64,000 nucleotides of DNA from Octopus sinensis (lineage: Eukaryota), in assembly GCF_006345805.1 (NCBI RefSeq), contig NC_042998.1:153264001-153328000 (forward strand). The letters run 5' to 3'. Each line of letters opens with the position of its first letter. Position 1 is the stretch's first letter. Below the pieces are notes generated by a model. That model searched no databases and was not told where the DNA came from. It was given only the letters and a program-made list of their open reading frames with translations. Positions 12,587 through 25,305 of the stretch are shown in pieces. Position numbers and translations under genes: made by a program.

Positions 12587-13194
12587 TGAATGATTATTAA
12601 ATCAGTGTTTATTAAAATACATTTTATTTTCAAAATATGATTAAATTGACAGAATTTAATTTTTTTATGAACCCTTTGTTTTCAAACAGATGACCTTTCT
12701 GATGTAAGCACTGCTGATACTGTGAAGCAATATAATTGCAAATATCAAGACATTTCATAATTGCAAAGTGAAATTCTTAACCAACTATTGTTGGAAAAAC
12801 ATAATAGGAAGTTAACGGACATTTTTTTGATTTTGAAAGACATTAATTTCCATCATATATGAATGCTTCAACCCCATCCCATCATCCACCACATCATATT
12901 TTATAGGGAATAAATATTTGAAGTTCTATTTAGAATTTTCATTGCACAGGTTTAGATTATAATAGAATCTAAAGTGATTCTGTATGTTTTTATGATTCTG
13001 TATGTTTTTATTTTAATGAAAGTAAAAACAGCATTTTGTTTTAAGTTTCAGTTCCAATATCATTTTTAAGCTTTCACTTTTTGTTTTGTACTTGTTCAAG
13101 TTCACTTAGCAAAAGTATTATCATTCCTGCTAGTATATACATACATATTTGTGTGTGTGTGTGTAAATGTATAAACATACAAGCATATCATCCT

Positions 13195-14040
13195 CTTCAT
13201 CATCATCATATTTTGCATAAACTTTCCATACTGTCACTCTACTCCATGTTAATTCACATTCAGCGTTATTGCGTTTCTCATTGTGTTGGAAGACCACATC
13301 TTATTCCGGTTTCATTTCTGGCTTTGTTTCTGTATCTGAGTACCCTTCCTAACACTGACCACTACACAGTGTATAGGATTCGTTTTATCATAGCACCAGC
13401 ACTGAAAGTTTGTCTTGTCCTCAAAAAGACTAAAGAATCCTTTTGACCCCACACATTATAGATTGTATTGAATTCATTTTGTTGTTGCATCAGCATTATT
13501 AAGGTTGTCATGTTCTCAACAATATTTGAGGGCCTCTCAACCACACAATTACACTCACTCATTAATCACCTTACACAGTGTCCTAAATGGAGTTTACAAT
13601 AAATGGAGTTACTAGCATGAGTGACATTGTCTTGTACTTCATAAGATTAGTGAGTCCTCAGTTGAAGAACTGAAGAGAACAGAAGATCCAGAATGGGTGG
13701 AAAAGGGAAGTAAGAATGTAATGTTGGAAACAAATGATGAGAATGAGAGATTAGTAGTAAAGATGGTAAGATGGTAGTGAATATTAAGAGTTTGGTTAAG
13801 AATGAATGATAGATGTCAGTATATTAAGGGAGGTATGGATAAAGGTATGTGCAATACAGGGGAAAGTGATAGTAGCATAAGCTATAGTGTCAAGAGTGAT
13901 TGTGGTATGGGTGACAAATAAGTGATAAAAGGACATAAGATAAGAGATGAATGAAGAGAGATAGGATGTATGATAGTTGCAAGAGTAAAAAAGAGATGAA
14001 TGTGAGAGGGATATCTGACAGAGGTATGAATAGTGCAGGT
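13195..14040 (-). mobile_element. very old RTE-like 3' UTR remnant
   Basis: catcatcat tail, cccttcctaacactgaccac motif, purine-rich stretch like 42640-43320. Confidence 0.45.
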
Positions 14041-14395
14041 GTTAGAGAAATGGAAGGCTAACAACAAAAAGGCAAAAAATGTATACTTGATAGTATACAT
14101 GCATACATATACACATGCATATATTCATGTACACACATATAATGCATACTCACACATGCATATTCATTATATCTTCTCACCTCATCACTAACAATTTTAA
14201 CATCCATTTTGCCATGCCTGTGTATTTCCATATCTGTTATGAAATTCTGGTGTTAGATTGACAAGTAGACCTTTAGAAAGTACTCAGCAAATGAATTAAT
14301 CTATTTCTCAATGATTCTGGTTGAGTTTACAATATCATATTGTTAAACATTGTTCCATATTAGCTTATGATGTCATATTTTTATTCATTTCTTAG

Positions 14396-14466
14396 GAGAA
14401 GGTACTTTTGGCAAGGTATACACTGCTGTAAATGTGGACACTGGAGAGTTAATGGCAATGAAAGAG
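14396..14466 (+). CDS. MAP3K4: MAP3K4-like exon: Gly-rich loop and catalytic Lys
   Basis: cttag acceptor, gttagt donor. (G)EGTFGKVYTAVNVDTGELMAMKE. Not in the ORF track. Confidence 0.93.
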
Positions 14467-14769
14467 GTTAGTATCAATATAACAGCTAATTTTTGCTTGT
14501 GATTATTGAATTTACATTTTAAACTATGGATATTATATAAGCACCTTGTTTGAACTTCATGACTGTGGTTTGCCTTCTATCAAATCCTTGTGATCAGACT
14601 TGTATAAATAGAAATTCTGTGGAAGGTTTATGGTGGAAAAATGATAAAATCAGTGTATCAAACAAAAATGTGTCCTTCACTCTAGTTGATTTTGCTTTTC
14701 TTTATGATGAAGTTGATAAAATAAGTATCAGATAATATAATTAGCTAAAACCCTTGAAGACATTACTCT

Positions 14770-16697
14770 ATCATCATCATCATCATCATCATCATCGTTT
14801 AACGTCTGCTTTCCATGCTAGCATGGGTTGGACGGTTCAACTGGGGTCTGGGGAGCCCGAAGGCTGCACCAGGCCAGTCAGATCTGGCAGTGTTTCTACA
14901 GCTGGATGCCCTTCCTAACGCCAACCACTCCGAGAGTGTAGTGGGTGATTTTATGTGCCACCGACACAGGTGCCAGACGAGGCTGACAGACAGCCATGCT
15001 CGGATGGTGTTTTTTATGTGCCACCGACACAGGTGCCAGACGAGGCTGGCGAACGGCCACACTTGGATGGTGTTTTTTTATGTGCCACCAACACAGGTGC
15101 CAGACGAGGCTGGCGAACGGCCACAATCGGATGGTGTTTGTTACGTGCCCACAGCACGGAGGCCAGTCGATGCGGTACTGGCTACGGCCACGTTCGGATG
15201 GCTTTCTTATGTGCCACCGGCACTGGTACCACAAAGATACAAATTCCATTGATGTTCATCTATTTTGATTTGGTTTGATTTTCACTTGCCTCAACAGGTC
15301 TTCACAGGTGTCACAAGAAGGAAGGTATGCACAGGTGGACTGACTACGTCCCAGGTAGGGGCCACGGGTTATGGCCTCACTAGTCTTGCCGGGTCTTCTC
15401 ACGCATAGCATACTTCCATAGGTCTCGGTCTCTAGTCATTTCCTTGGTGAGACCTAAAGTTTGAAGGTCGTGCTTCACCACTTCGTCCCAGGTTTTCCTG
15501 GGTCTACCTCTTCCACAGGTTCCCTCAACTGCTAGGGTGTAGCACTTTTGCACACAACTATCTTCAGCCATTCTCGTCACATGACCATACCAGCGCAGCC
15601 ATCTCTCTTGCACACCACAACTGATGCTTCTTAGGTTCAACTTTTCTCTCAAGGTACTTACACTCTGTCGATTATGAACACTGACATTACACATCCATCG
15701 GAGCATACTGGCTTCATTTCTTGCAAGCTTATGCATATCCTCAGCAGTCACGGCCCATGTTTCACTACCATGTAGCATGGCTGTACGTACACATGCATCA
15801 TACAGTCTGCCTTTTACTCTGAGCGAGAGGCCTTTTGTCACCAGCAGGGGTAAGAGCTCTCTAAACTTTGCCCAAGCTATTCTTACTCTAGCCGTTACAC
15901 TTGGTCACCTAGGTAGCAGAAGCTATCAACTACTTCTAGTTTGTCTCCCTGGAACGTGGTAGAAGTTGGTCTCTGCACATTTCCAGTGTTTATTGCTCCT
16001 GAGCATCTGCCACAGGCAAAAACTATTTTCCTAGTTAGCCTTCCTTTGACATTGCTGCACTTCTTATGTGTCCATAGCTTACACTTGGTGCACCTTATAG
16101 AGTTTCTACCTACACCTTTTTTACAGATCGAGCAGGGCCATCTACCTGAAGTCGTTTGTGATTGGTCCACCTTCCTACTTATTAGGACTTTGGTTTTGGC
16201 TAGCTTGATTCTAAGGCCCTTCGATTCTAATCCTTGTTTCCACACCTGAAACTTCTCCTCCAGGTCTAATAGTGACTCAGCAATTAGAGCAAGGTCATCA
16301 GCATAGAGGAGCTCCCAGGGGCATCCTGTCTTGAATTCCTCCGTTATTGCCTGGAGGACTATGATAAATAGGAGGGGACTGAGGACTGAACCTTGGTGGA
16401 CCCCAACCTCTACCCGGAATTCTTCACTGTATTCGTTGCCAACCCTCACCTTACTAGCAGCGTCTCTGTACATGGCTCGCACAGCTCTCACTAACCATTC
16501 ATCTATCCCTAGTTTCCTCATTGACCACCAGATAAGGGATCGGGGGACCCTGTCAAAGGCTTTCTCCATGTCAACAAAAGCCAGGTACAGGGGCTTATCT
16601 TTGGCTAGGTATTTCTCCTGCAGTTGTCTTACCAGGAATATAGCATCAGTAGTACTTTTCCCTGGCATGAACCCAAACTGCATCTCATCTAAGCTAA
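14770..16697 (-). mobile_element. young 5'-truncated RTE-like LINE (RT, PHD-like finger, 3' UTR repeats)
   Basis: QFGF..STTDAIF, FVDMEKAFD, GVHQGSVLSP, YADD. Small deletion near 15895. (CAT)n tail. Confidence 0.95.
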
Positions 16698-17499
16698 GTA
16701 TACTAATAACTAATAACTAAAACCATTAAGTGTGCCAACTCTGAGGGCGTGAGCTAGCAAGACCCAGGGATGAGGGACAGCATTTTGCATCTGAAAAGAA
16801 AGCTCGCATGTGTGTTTGGCAGACATTGTAAACATACAAATAGGCCTCAATCTGCTTACACTTCCAGATAAGAATATAAAAGAAAAAGATAATTTCCTTT
16901 AATTATGGTTTATTTAACATAATTAAAAGCTATATTACACAGATGTGGAAGACTGACTTATTAGACTGGTGACCTACTATTAAAAAGAAAAAGATAAGGG
17001 TTCATATCTCATCACCAGTACTGTACCCTTGTCAAAGATGACTTTCAGTGACCTTTGCTAAATAACCTGCTCAGGAGTAAATAATTTAATGCTGATCAGT
17101 ACTGACTCAATGGGCTTGTTTATTTATGTAAACAGTTGCTACTAATTTGAAAGTTTAGCTTTTGTTATAATCTTAAATGTTCTTTTAGTGTGTTCCATTT
17201 TGTTTCACTTTATAGCACTCATTATAATGATTATCATTATTCATTTAGTTACCTATTTAGCCACAAAGTTTCAGTTATTCTATGTTGTATGTTATAGTAA
17301 AGTTAAGAAATCCAATTGTTCAATTCTGTTTACACTTGCTCTAAGCCTCAAAACTTCCATCTCTTCATTTGTTTGTTCGTTTCTTCTATTGTAGCCTTAA
17401 TTCTCGAAAATTTCACCTCTCTCTCTCTGTTTTGTTACCCACTATATTTTCACTTGTCTATACTATGTCTAACCTTGCTTTCCCATTTTGATTGTTAAT

Positions 17500-20400
17500 T
17501 AGCAGCTCTCGATCTGTTAGTGGACATGTTACATTGCCTTTAGCTAGGGAATAGGGCACCCATAGTGTTTTATTGTTTGCAGGACACCATCCCAACCCAC
17601 CTCTGCCACCTGTACCAGAAGTCTTTTTCCTCTAACCTTTACTAGATGTCTTTCTCCTAGCACCTCTAATGGTTTCCTATACAGAATGCTCTCCTCCTTT
17701 CCTTCCCTTCTATCCCTATCTAGTGTCTATTCCCAGTAAACATAGTGATTGTGAAGCGAATAAAATGATGGTGAAGTGTAAGCAGATTGAGGCCTATTTG
17801 TATGTTTACAATGTCTGCCAAACACACATGCGAGCTTTCTTTTCAGATGCAAAATGCTGTCCCTCATCCCTGGGTCTTGCTAGCTCACACCCTCAGAGTT
17901 GGCACACTTAATGTTGGCTCATTGAAATGTAGGTCTGGTGAGATTGTTGAGATGCTTGAACAGAAGCATGTAGATTTGTGTTGCATCCAAGAGATAAGGT
18001 GGAGTAGAGGTTCTCCTAGGTTCCTCAGAAGCAAAGAACATAAGTATAAGATTTTCTGGGTAAGGAATAGTGATGGGGTTGGGAGCATGGGTATACTCCT
18101 TGCTGTGAAATGGGTTGATAAGATAATTGAGGTAGTCAGAATCTGTGATAGCATACTTAAGCTTAGACTACTTCTGCAACATGGAATAGCAGCCATTAGC
18201 TTGGCTTATGCCCCTCAACCAGGTCTACCTGTTGAAGAAAAAGACCAATTTTTTGACACCTTTGATGAATGATAGGGACCTTCACTTTGTGGCTGGCAAC
18301 TTCAATGAGCATGTTGGACAATATCCAGGGAGCTTCCATAGTGTGCATGGTGGCAATGGATTTGGTTCCTACAATGAGGAGGGAACCAGGTTGCTGGAGT
18401 TTTGTGAAGCAAATGATCTTATGATCTGTAAAACTAACTTCAGGAAACCTGCCACTCATCTACCACTCCAGTGGCCACACTTATCAAATTGACTACATTC
18501 TTGCCAGGAAACAAGAAAGATGGCTTCTTATAAATGCCAAAACTTTCCCTGGTGAAGAATGCATCCCACAACATAGGTTAGTTGTTAGCGATATCAGGAT
18601 GGTTACCAGAAGATGACCAGTATGGAAAAGAAGGGTCTGGAAGCTTAAAGATCCTCTGAATGGACAGAGATTTAGAGACATATTACTTGAAGCTTTTGAT
18701 GAAAAGAGGAGGATATAGTATCACTATGTGATACTATATGTGGACAACCTGTTGAGGGCTACTAACTAGATCTGTGGTTGGTGCAAAGTCCCCTCTTGAC
18801 CTAAGGTGACATAGTGGTGGGACAATGTAGGTGACAGGACCATGAGGGAAAAGAAACAGGCCTAGAAAGAATGGAAGTGTAGTGGTAGCAGGGAACTGTA
18901 TCAGATAGCCAGAAGGAAAGCTAGGAGACTAGTTTACTTAGCCAGAGGGGAAGCAGAAAAGAATAGATTTGCCAATGTTCTGTGTCATGAGGACCAGAGA
19001 CTTGAAGTGTTTCAAATTGCAAAACAGTGCAAGTGAAAATTGCCATGTCATGGATGTTGGCCCACTTGCATTTAATGATGCTGCAAAGAATGAGACTTGG
19101 AGACACCACTAAGAAAGGTTGCTAAATGGAGAGAATGAATGGGAGAAAGGGAGTCTACCAAATGTTGACCCAACTGAGGCACTAGCTATCTGAATTGACA
19201 GTACCTTGGTAGATAAAGCAATTAAGGATATGAAGATAAAGAAAGCCTCTGGCCCATCAGGAACCACTGCTGAGATGCTTAAAATATCTAGCAGTGTAGG
19301 CTGTAGTTAACCAGGGGATACACAAAGCAGTCATACCCAATGACTGGTGTAGCAGCACTGTAGTCAGCTGCTACAAAGGTAAATGTGACACCTAAGATAG
19401 AAATAATTACAGAGGTATCAAATTGTTGAATCAGGTGATGAAAGTCGTAGCCCAACTAATTAGGCAGAGAGATAGTTTAGATGAAATGCAGATGAGGTTT
19501 TTGCCAAGGCGAAGCATCACTGATGCTATATTTCTGATAAGGCAGTGGCAAGAGAAATACCTAGCCAAAGATAAACCTCTGTACCTGGCTTTTGTTGACA
19601 TGGAGAAAGCCTTTGACAGGGTCCCCAGATCCCTTAACTGGTGATCAATGTGGAAATGAGTAGTTGGTGAGAGCTGTACAGGGATGCTGTCAGTCAGGTG
19701 AGGGTTGGCAATGAGTATAGCAAAGAATTCAGGGCTTCACCAAGGATCAGTCCACAGGCCCGTCTTGTTCATCATAGTCCTCCAGGCAATAACAGAGGAA
19801 TTCAAGACAGGCTGCCTCTGGGAACTCCTCTATGTTGATGACCTTGCTCTAATAGCTGAATTACTACCAGAACTAGAGAAGTTTCAGGTGTGGAAGTAAG
19901 GTCTAGAATTGAAGGGCCTTAGAGTTAATCTTGCGAAAACCAAAGTCATAGTAAGTAGGAAGGCAGACAAATCACAAATCCCTTCATGTAGATGGCCCTG
20001 CTCGATCTGTAGAAAAGGCATAAGTAGAAACTCCATAAGATGTACCTGGTGTAAGCTTTGGACACATAAGAGGTACAGCAATATCAGAGGAAGGTTAACA
20101 GGGAAGATAGTTCTTGTGTGTGGAAGGTGCACAGGTACAATAAACACCAAAAATGTACAGAAAATAGATTCCATCACATGCCGGAGATGGGGGACTAGAA
20201 GTAGTCGATAGCTTCCATTACCTTGGTGACCAAGTCATTAGTGAGAGTGGATGCTCTGAGAGTATAGCTGCTAGAATAAAAATAGGCTGGGCAAAGTTCA
20301 GAGAGTTCCTACCTCTGCTGGCAACAAAGAGCCTCTCGCTGAGAGTGAAAAGTAGACTACATGTTGCCTCTGTGCAAACAGTCAAGGAAATATGTGCTGT

Positions 20401-21258
20401 GACTGCTGAGGTTATGTGTAGCCTTGTAAGAAATGAAGCTAGCATGTTTTGCTGGATGTGTAATGTCGGTGTGCATGCATGACAGAGTATAAGCATCCTT
20501 GGAGAAAAGTTGGACATAAAAAGCATCAGATGTGGTGTACAAGAGAGACGACTGTGCTGGTATGGTCATGTGATGCGTATGGATGAGGACAGCTGTGTGA
20601 AGAAGTGTCACACTCTAATAGTGGAGGGAGCCTATGGAAGAGGTAGACCCAGAAAGACATAGGATGAGGTGGTGAAGTATGATCTTTGAATGTTGGGCCT
20701 CACAGAGGCAATGGCAAGTGACCGAGACCTTTGGAGATATGCCCTGCTTGAGAAGACCCGTCAGACCAAGTGAGATCATAGTCATGGCCAATGTCAGTGT
20801 CACGTAACTGGCCCATTAAAAGCACCCTTCAATTGTTGGGCGATATGCTGTCCTTGTGAAGACCTGGCGAAGCAAGTGAAATCATAGTTATGGCCAGTGC
20901 CAGTGCCATCTGACTGGCACCCATGTTGGTGACATATAAAGCACTGTTCAAGTGTTGGACCTCATGGAGGCAGTGACAGGTGACCAAGACCTTTGGCAAT
21001 ATACCATGCTTGTATTGACCTGTCAAGCCAAATGAGACCATAGTCATGGCTGATGCCAGTGTCAGGTCAATGGCACCTGTACTGGTGGCACGTAAAAAAC
21101 ACCTACTATACTCAGAGTGGTTGGTGTTAGGAAGGGCATCCAGCCATAGACACCTTATCAAATCAGATCAGAACCTGGTGCAGCTCTCCAGCTTACCAGT
21201 TTTTAGTCGAACTGTCCAACCCATGACAGCATGAAAAGTGGACGTTAAATGATGATGA
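17500..21258 (+). mobile_element. near-full-length decayed RTE-like LINE (APE endonuclease plus RT)
   Basis: LRVGTLNVGSL, DLCCIQEIRW, AYAPQ, IDYIL endonuclease motifs; FVDMEKAFD and YVDD RT motifs; many stops and frameshifts; (GAT)n tail. 5' boundary approximate. Confidence 0.92.
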
Positions 21259-22064
21259 ATGCTAATGATTGTTAGTGTAATGTTAGTTGCATATGGTATT
21301 TGCTGAAACATTAAGCATACAGCACATTGGTTGAAGCAAGATTTGAACTAGTGACCACATGCTCAATATCTCAAAATTTCTATATTCGTTTTGTCACTGT
21401 TTAGATATAGTAGATATTATTTTGTTGTAGTTAAAAGGAAATACTGATTATAATTATAAACAAACCTCTTATAAGAATTGCACTGAATCTATAAATAATG
21501 AAACTACTGACTAAATACATATAAATTTACTGTATTAAATTGTATAAAATATCTTATTTTGTGCGATGAGTGTTGTAGTTGAGCAGTTTTCTTTGCTCCA
21601 CATGATTCTGAATTTAATCCCACTATATAGCATCATAGGCAAAGCCTTCTTCTGTAACCTCAGATTGACCCAGGTGTTGTGAATGAAATTGGGTTGACAG
21701 ATACTTTCAGACAGAAGCCCATCTGATAAATAATATTTTGGGGGCAGCAGACTTAATCTATTGTCTAGCTTAATACTAACAGCTGTCTTGGGTGTTTTTA
21801 GTGAAGTCTACCTTATTGCAAGCATTCAGATCAGATCTGAGCATAACTTGATATCTTGACATACTGGTTCTTACTGCTGAAGCTCAGGAGTTATGATTTC
21901 TTTTAACCCTCTTCCATATCACCATTTAGCTTTGCAAAAGCAACAGGTGCTGCTCTTTTTTACTTCTGACAAAGTCATAAAAAATATATTAAACCATTAA
22001 AGATATGTAAGTCTACACTGATTAAAATTTGCCTATTAATTTTTATTTCATTACTTTTTGCCAG

Positions 22065-22187
22065 ATGAAGCTAAAACCAACAAATAAAATGAGAAATCCT
22101 TTGAAAGAACTTGTTGAGGAAATGAACAACCTAGAAGGAATTAGTCATCCAAACCTAGTCAAATATTATGGTGCAGAGGTTCAAAAG
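22065..22187 (+). CDS. MAP3K4: MAP3K4-like exon: alphaC helix and subdomain IV
   Basis: tttttgccag acceptor, gtacac donor. MKLKPTNKMRNPLKELVEEMNNLEGISHPNLVKYYGAEVQK, 41 codons, phase 0/0. Confidence 0.9.
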
Positions 22188-23060
22188 GTACACTAATTGA
22201 CTATCTTATTTTTCCTCATAATATTTACTTTTCAAATATTTTTCTTTGAAATATTTATTTTTTGATCTCTGAAAGCATGAAAAGCTTTGTAAGATAATGA
22301 CAGAGTTCGCATTGAAAACAGTGAGCATCTAAGTTTACACAATATGCATCACTGTACTACTGTAGAATCATTAACATGCATAGGGTTTGTTTACACTCTA
22401 ATATTTGGTAACTTTTTTAACCATGTCTATTTTTACTTTAAGTGTTTTATCTTCAGAGTTAAGTTTTGGAACACCAGTTCTTAGTACTTCAGATAGTAAA
22501 GATTTTTGTGGATAAAATTCTCTGCTAGTTCTCTTGCTGGTTAGTGTTTAAACTAAGCTGGGATTTGATACTCTTTAATATTGTGAATAGGGCTGCAAAA
22601 AAAGGATATATCTTTGAGTTGCTGTACTTTTGTGAGTTAGCGTTAAGAATGAAGTATTGCTGAATAAAATCAAGGTATGCTACTCTATTAGATCTGAAGG
22701 AACTCTAAAAAGTTCTATAAGAATAGAAGCAAGACAAAAGTGTAAAAAGAGAAATACAGTAGTACATATACAATTGTAGCATAATTTTTAAAATAGTGAA
22801 ATACATAAAACATCTTGTTCCTGTTTCTTATATTACTTACACAAGGTTGATTCTTTTTTTTTTTTTTTAAATTGCAGTGAGAAAATTTAAGCTCAATACT
22901 CTAAGGAGTATAAATTTGAAAGGATTCTGTTATAGACTAAATAGTTTAAAATTTCACTAGATATTAGAAATCAAGTTTCCTTTCTATTATTTGTGAAACT
23001 GTAGATAATGTAATTATAAACTGTGTAGTATTAAACTAAAACTGAAAAAATTTTTCACAG

Positions 23061-23220
23061 GATGAAATGATTATATTCATGGAATATTGTGATCGAGGAA
23101 CAATTAAGGAAGCTTCAAAGCTTGGATTACCTGAAAGCATAATTCGTTTGTATACAAGAGAAATTTTAAAAGCACTATGTCACCTACATGAAAATGGTAT
23201 CATTCATCGAGATCTGAAAG
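23061..23220 (+). CDS. MAP3K4: MAP3K4-like exon: hinge and HRD catalytic loop
   Basis: ttcacag acceptor, gtagta donor. DEMIIFMEYCDRGT...LHENGIIHRDLK(G). Confidence 0.95.
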
Positions 23221-23306
23221 GTAGTACTAATTCAAACATATGTAAACCTTTATAAAATAAAATTTGGATGACTGTAAGTGAATTTGTAATTATGTACATG
23301 TTGATT

Positions 23307-24020
23307 AGGCACAGCTATATGTGGCTAACAAGTTTACTTCACAATTCCATAGTTTCAGGTTCAGTCCCACTGCATGGCATCATGGGTAAGTGTCTTCTAC
23401 TGTAGCCCTAGGCCAATCAAAGCTTGAAGTTAGTGAACATAGCATATGTATACTTATGTAAGAGTTCTTGGTTCAATCCTTCTGCATGGCATTTTGGGCA
23501 AGTATCTACTGCACTAGCCTTGGGTGAACCAAGGCCTTGTGAATAGATTTGGTTGACAGAAACAGAAAGAAACTTGACTACCAGTATTGGTTTGTGTACA
23601 TTCCTGTAACTTAGCAGTTTGACAAAAGAATAAGTACTAGTTTTTAAAAAAATTAAGTAATGGGGTTGATTTGCTTGAGTAAACCCTTCAAGGTGGTACC
23701 CCAGCATGGCTTCAACCCAATGACTGAAACAAGTAAAAGAATGAAAGAATGTGTGTGTGTGCGCGTGCATGTATGCATGTATGCATGTGTAGTTGTATTT
23801 CTTGTCTTGACATCATGTGATAATTATAAAGAGGCATCATTGCTATACAAGCAGTGCCCTTCATTTCCAGTCATGTCCAGCGATGGAGAAATATTACCTT
23901 ACTTGGAAATAAGTTAGAGTTGACATCAGGAAGGGCATCTAGCCAAAGAATATCTGCCTCATTAAATTCTGTCTGCCATGCAAGTATGGAAGAGTGGACA
24001 TTAAAGAAGTGATGATGATG
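23307..24020 (+). mobile_element. cluster of decayed SINEs, the last with an RTE-like 3' tail
   Basis: ggttcagtccc/ggttcaatcc B boxes and tgactgaaacaagtaaaag end. 23925-24020 matches the LINE terminus (gaagggcatc...ccatgcaagtatgga...gatgatg). Confidence 0.7.
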
Positions 24021-24417
24021 ACAACAACATCAAGACAATGGTTATGATGGTGATTATAGCCAATGACAATAAACATGATGTTCCTTTACTAAATTTGGAT
24101 ATATACATGAATATTTTATGATTACCAGATTAGATAAACTTTAGTTTTAACTTGACTGTCAGACCACCAGTTGCATTGACAGAGATCATTATATTACATT
24201 ATCTTATCTCTGGAGACCCTAATATAGGAAAATACCATGAATTTTTTTTTTTTTAACTGGGAATGTTAATTATTGTTGCAATTTGTATTAATTTGTTAGT
24301 TTTATTACTTTGCCATTCTTGTCAAATATTGTCAGTTTGATATTTTTGCCAAATGATATCAGCTGTAAACTTAAATTATTAAAATGTCAGTGATTGTGAA
24401 TCATTTTTCTTACTTAG

Positions 24418-24537
24418 GGGCCAATGTATTTCTTACATCAGATGGTGCTGTAAAGCTTGGAGACTTTGGTTGTTCTGTCAAGTTAAAAAGTCATTCAACA
24501 ATCCCTGGCGAAATTAGTGATTTAGTTGGAACAACTG
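24418..24537 (+). CDS. MAP3K4: MAP3K4-like exon: DFG motif and activation loop
   Basis: tacttag acceptor, gtaagt donor. (G)ANVFLTSDGAVKLGDFGCSVKLKSHSTIPGEISDLVGTT. KLGDFGCSVKLK is characteristic of MEKK4. Confidence 0.95.
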
Positions 24538-25090
24538 GTAAGTCTAATGAGCTACAGTATGGTTGGTGGTAAGGAAGAAGTAGACTCTTTTATTATATAT
24601 GATCATTAACTATTAATCATATCCTAATCATCTAGTTACTAATTAGTGACAATCTATCAGACAAGAGATATCAATCATGTAAATTTTACTTAGTTAAACT
24701 AATCTTTAGCTCATCACATGACATATTGGTTCCAGAATTTATTTTAGCATCTATAATTTTTTTTCATTCTGTATTTATTATTATACAGCCATTTCTTATT
24801 AATGACCAAATTGTCTTGCTTTGTTGTTTTTGCATATATAAATTGAATTTGCAATAAAATGAAGAAACACATTCATGTAATGAAGAGCAACATGTGTCTT
24901 TCCTATAGTCTGTTGTTTATTTATTTGACCAGTTAGTTTAGAACATTGATGAAAATTCTCTTGTACCATATTTTACTCCTTGTTTCCTTGTTGTTAAACT
25001 TATTGTCACTTTTTCCTTTTTTATGATAACTGTCTTTTTTGAATGCTACCCCATTTTTGTGAAAAATAACTTTCAAGCATTTATTTGCAG

Positions 25091-25197
25091 CTTACATGGC
25101 TCCTGAAGTTTTTACACGGAATGATAGTGAAGGACATGGAAGAGCTGCTGATATTTGGAGTTTGGGATGTGTAGTGTATGAAATGTCTACAGGCAAA
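25091..25197 (+). CDS. MAP3K4: MAP3K4-like exon: APE motif and subdomain IX
   Basis: tttgcag acceptor, gtaaat donor. (A)[35 protein letters not shown]. Confidence 0.95.
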
Positions 25198-25305
25198 GTA
25201 AATATTAAATAATTCTGTCATTTCTCTTTAGTTTTCTTTAACTCTGACACTGGTGATATGCAATTAGAATAGAACATAAACTCAAGGCAAGCTTAGTCGC
25301 TTTAA

